From: an uncultured delta proteobacterium
Lineage (GTDB): Bacteria > Myxococcota_A > Polyangia > Palsa-1104
Assembly (NCBI GenBank): GCA_963785725.1
Contig: CAWAWS010000019.1
Coordinates: 1 to 64,000, forward strand
Direction: 5' to 3'
DNA length: 64,000 nt
The notes beneath the pieces were generated by a model, which saw only the letters and a list, made by a program, of their open reading frames with translations, searched no databases and was not told the DNA's origin. The translations under genes and the position numbers were made by a program. Numbering within the stretch: the stretch's first letter is position 1; the number at the start of each line of letters is the position of its first letter. Positions 61,290 to 64,000 of the stretch are shown one piece after another.

Positions 61290-63599
61290 ATGAAGCCTCG
61301 CTACGAAGCGGTGGTAATCGGCTCGGGGTTCGGCGGCGCCGTCGCGGCTTGTCGGTTGGCGCAGGCGGGCGTCGGCGTGGCCGTGCTCGAGCGCGGCAAG
61401 CGTTACGACGGCGCGAATCAGTTTCCGCGCGATTGGAAGTCGCTGCTCGGCGGCGGCTGGATCTGGCCCGAGCAGCAAGGTCTCGTCGACGCCAAGCCGG
61501 TCAACGAGATGCAGATCGTGCAAGCGTCCGGTTGGGGCGGCGGCTCGCTCGTCTATGCCAACGTGCATTTGCGGCCGGTGCCGGCGGTGTTTGCGAGCGG
61601 CTGGCCGACAGGCTATTCGCGCGCGACGCTCGATCCCTATTACGATCTCGTCGCGCATATGCTCGAGATCAAGCCGATCACCGAAGCGGCCGGCGGATTG
61701 CCGCCGAAGACGATTCGCATGCGCGACGCGGCCAAGCGGCTCGAGCGTCATGAGCAGTTCGTCTATCCCAACCTCGCCGTGCGAATGGAGGCGGCCGGGA
61801 AAGCTGTCGTCAACATTCACGGCGTCATGCAAAAGGGTTGCGATCATTGCGGCGAGTGCATCATTGGCTGCACGAAACGCGCGAAGAATACGCTCGATCT
61901 GAATTATCTCGCCGTCGCCGAAAAGGCTGGCGCCGTGGCCATTACGCAATGCGAAGTATTCAAGATCGAGCCGATCGACGGCAATGGCGGCTATCGCGTC
62001 CACTATTACGATCACGGCACGGGTGGATTGCACGCTTTTGTCGAAGCGCGCCAAGTGTTCGTATGCGCCGGTGCCGTCAATTCGACAGAGCTGTTACTGC
62101 GCTGCCGCGATCAATACGGATCGTTGCCGAAGTTGAGCGAGGCGCTCGGTCAACGCTATTCCGGCAATGGCGACTTATTGGCGTTCGGTTTCAATCTCGG
62201 CGAGGACTGGTCGCCTTCGCAGGGCCCGACCATCACGACGGCGCTCGTGTGGGATCGCGGCGACGGCGATAATAAAGTTTGGTTCAGCATCGAAGAGGGC
62301 GGCTTTCCCAAAGAGCTAGCTACGGTGATGCAACTGCTCAATCCGCGCGGCGGCTTTCTGCGCGAAGCGGCGCTGCTGCTCAAAGACGAGCTGGTACAGG
62401 CGTTCAAAGAGGCCGCGCACGATAAGCTCGGCGCCGTCGTCCATCCCGATCACGAGCGCACCGCGCTGTTCTTGGCGATGGGCCGCGATCGCGCCAACGG
62501 CCGCATCGGCTTACAGCCACATAGCAATCGATTGCACGTCGAATGGGATATCGATCCCAATCGCATTCTGTACGACGCCGAGCAGCAGCTGGCGACCGAC
62601 TTGGCGACGACATTCGGCGGACAGGTCGCGTTCAATCCGTTCTGGCGCCGCTTGAGCTTACCCATTTCCGTACACAACCTCGGCGGCTGCACGATGTCGG
62701 ACGCGCCCGCCGGCGGCGTCGTCGACGGTAACGGCGAAGTGCACGGCTATCCCGACCTATTCGTGTTGGACGGCGCCATATTACCGGGCGCCACCGGCGT
62801 CAATCCGTCGCACACCATCGCCGCGGTCGCCGAGCGCAACATCGAGACGATCATCCGCCGGCGAAAGCCGACGTTCACGGCGCCCGAGCGCGCCGCCGCC
62901 AAGCCTTTGGTCGACCCACTATTTCAGATTAAGATTCCCGAGGGAGGGACCATGCCGTCACCGACTGCTACGATCGGATTGAGCTTCGCCGAGACAATGA
63001 AAGGCTTTCTCGACCTCGATCATTCGCCTCCCGATGACTTCGGCGGCGGTGAAAAGGCGGGGCAGAAGGCCGATCGTTATGTCGAGTTCAACCTCAAGAT
63101 GAACGCGGCCAACGTCGACGAATTCCTCGACGAAAAGACCCACGCCGCCGTCGCCAGCGGTGAAATCCACGTCGACGGCTTCACCGGCCCCGGCAAAGTT
63201 CCGGTCACCAACGGCGTCTTCAATCTCTTCGTGGAGACCGAGAACTTCTACGAGCGCAAAATGCTCTATGCGCTGCCCTTTTATGGTCAAGACGGTAAGC
63301 CCTACATTCTAGACGGGTTCAAAGAGATCAAGGACCACGGCCGCTTCGACGTCTGGAAGTCGACGACGACGCTCTATACGGTCGTGCGCGAAGGTCATAG
63401 CCGCCAAGGCAAAGTGTTGGCGACAGGAATCATGCACATCCATTTCCTCGATGTGCTGAAGCTGATGAGCACGATGACGGTGTCGGGCACGACGAGCCCG
63501 GTCGAGAAGGCGCATACCATCGAGCGCTTTGGCCGCGCGTTCGTGGGGACGTTATGGGATCTGTTCGTCAAGCATAAGCTGACGCAGCCGTCGACTTAG
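61290..63599 (+). CDS. GMC oxidoreductase (cholesterol oxidase ChoD-like) with C-terminal accessory domain
   Basis: IGSGFGG, GGGSLVYANV, CDHCGECIIGC, AKNTLDLNYL, HNLGG and GVNPSHTIAA motifs; extra domain starts LSFAETMKGF. Confidence 0.85.
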   Translation: MKPRYEAVVIGSGFGGAVAACRLAQAGVGVAVLERGKRYDGANQFPRDWKSLLGGGWIWPEQQGLVDAKPVNEMQIVQASGWGGGSLVYANVHLRPVPAVFASGWPTGYSRATLDPYYDLVAHMLEIKPITEAAGGLPPKTIRMRDAAKRLERHEQFVYPNLAVRMEAAGKAVVNIHGVMQKGCDHCGECIIGCTKRAKNTLDLNYLAVAEKAGAVAITQCEVFKIEPIDGNGGYRVHYYDHGTGGLHAFVEARQVFVCAGAVNSTELLLRCRDQYGSLPKLSEALGQRYSGNGDLLAFGFNLGEDWSPSQGPTITTALVWDRGDGDNKVWFSIEEGGFPKELATVMQLLNPRGGFLREAALLLKDELVQAFKEAAHDKLGAVVHPDHERTALFLAMGRDRANGRIGLQPHSNRLHVEWDIDPNRILYDAEQQLATDLATTFGGQVAFNPFWRRLSLPISVHNLGGCTMSDAPAGGVVDGNGEVHGYPDLFVLDGAILPGATGVNPSHTIAAVAERNIETIIRRRKPTFTAPERAAAKPLVDPLFQIKIPEGGTMPSPTATIGLSFAETMKGFLDLDHSPPDDFGGGEKAGQKADRYVEFNLKMNAANVDEFLDEKTHAAVASGEIHVDGFTGPGKVPVTNGVFNLFVETENFYERKMLYALPFYGQDGKPYILDGFKEIKDHGRFDVWKSTTTLYTVVREGHSRQGKVLATGIMHIHFLDVLKLMSTMTVSGTTSPVEKAHTIERFGRAFVGTLWDLFVKHKLTQPST

Positions 63600-64000
63600 C
63601 GGGAATGCCGGCCGCGACTGCGCGCCGCAGGAGAATGAAGATCGCCGCACATAAGGCCGCGTCATAGAAAGACGAGACGCCAATGGCGACTTTGAAAGCC
63701 CGGTTGCCTTCGCAGCGCCAAATGATCCAAGCCCAATAGAACAGCGGCCATGAGGCGCGAAAGAGGCCGCTCGTCACGACGGCGGTGCGATAGCGGTTGA
63801 GATCGCGGGCGCCCAGAAATTGAATGAGCCCCATATTGACGAGGAAGATGCCGGTGGCGCGGGTCCAGAACGGATCCAGCGTCGAATGGACGCCGAACAG
63901 GCGCATCCAGAAGTGCGCCAGGAATCCCCAATTGCAGCCGAAGAGGGTCTCGAGGGCGGCGATCGCATAAAGGATTCGACTGAGCCACGGCGAGGGCGCC
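63568..64000 (-). CDS. Small integral membrane protein; 5' end outside the window, probable indel near 63930
   Basis: Four hydrophobic segments (ILYAIAALETLF, ATGIFLVNMGLIQFLG, LFRASWPLFYWAWII, YDAALCAAIFILL). Confidence 0.6.
   Translation of the reverse strand, partial: APSPWLSRILYAIAALETLFGCNWGFLAHFWMRLFGVHSTLDPFWTRATGIFLVNMGLIQFLGARDLNRYRTAVVTSGLFRASWPLFYWAWIIWRCEGNRAFKVAIGVSSFYDAALCAAIFILLRRAVAAGIPAKSTAASAYA

Overview
The window looks like a concatenation of at least four unrelated bacterial fragments, with genes cut abruptly near 2170, 15201 and 19205. Many single-base indels break otherwise intact genes, which suggests long-read error. Taxonomic labels are inferred from gene content only. 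(1) 1-~2165, Alphaproteobacteria-like: the end of a potI-type permease and an AsmA protein. (2) ~2170-15200, Acidobacteria-like: an amidase tail, an AbrB/PIN toxin-antitoxin pair, an O-methyltransferase, an ECF sigma factor plus Ser/Thr kinase plus Ig-domain lipoprotein, and a TonB-dependent receptor divergent from a truncated GH144-like glucanase with a LacI-type operator between them. (3) ~15201-19200, Acidimicrobiia-like: a 42-aa repeat protein tail, an MFS transporter, a small Cys/His protein and a TauD dioxygenase. (4) ~19205-64000, Myxococcota-like: an FHA-sigma54 activator, many lipoproteins, an FchA-like plus yeast-MTD1-like folate pair, a TetR-FadE-HtdX-FabG4-thiolase cluster, a kinase-TPR-RCC1 operon, two PAS kinases, a YdbH-like/DUF1318/TolB-TPR operon, a gluzincin, an orphan Afp15-like AAA ATPase, PiT, and a membrane-DUF362/cholesterol-oxidase-like locus. 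I saw no rRNA, tRNA, CRISPR array or transposase. The best leads are the bridge-like envelope operon, the split folate pair, the DUF362/GMC locus, an unannotated ~125-nt rod-shaped RNA candidate next to TetR operators, and a recurring leaderless-promoter architecture. All family calls come from motif recognition by eye; no database searches were run.
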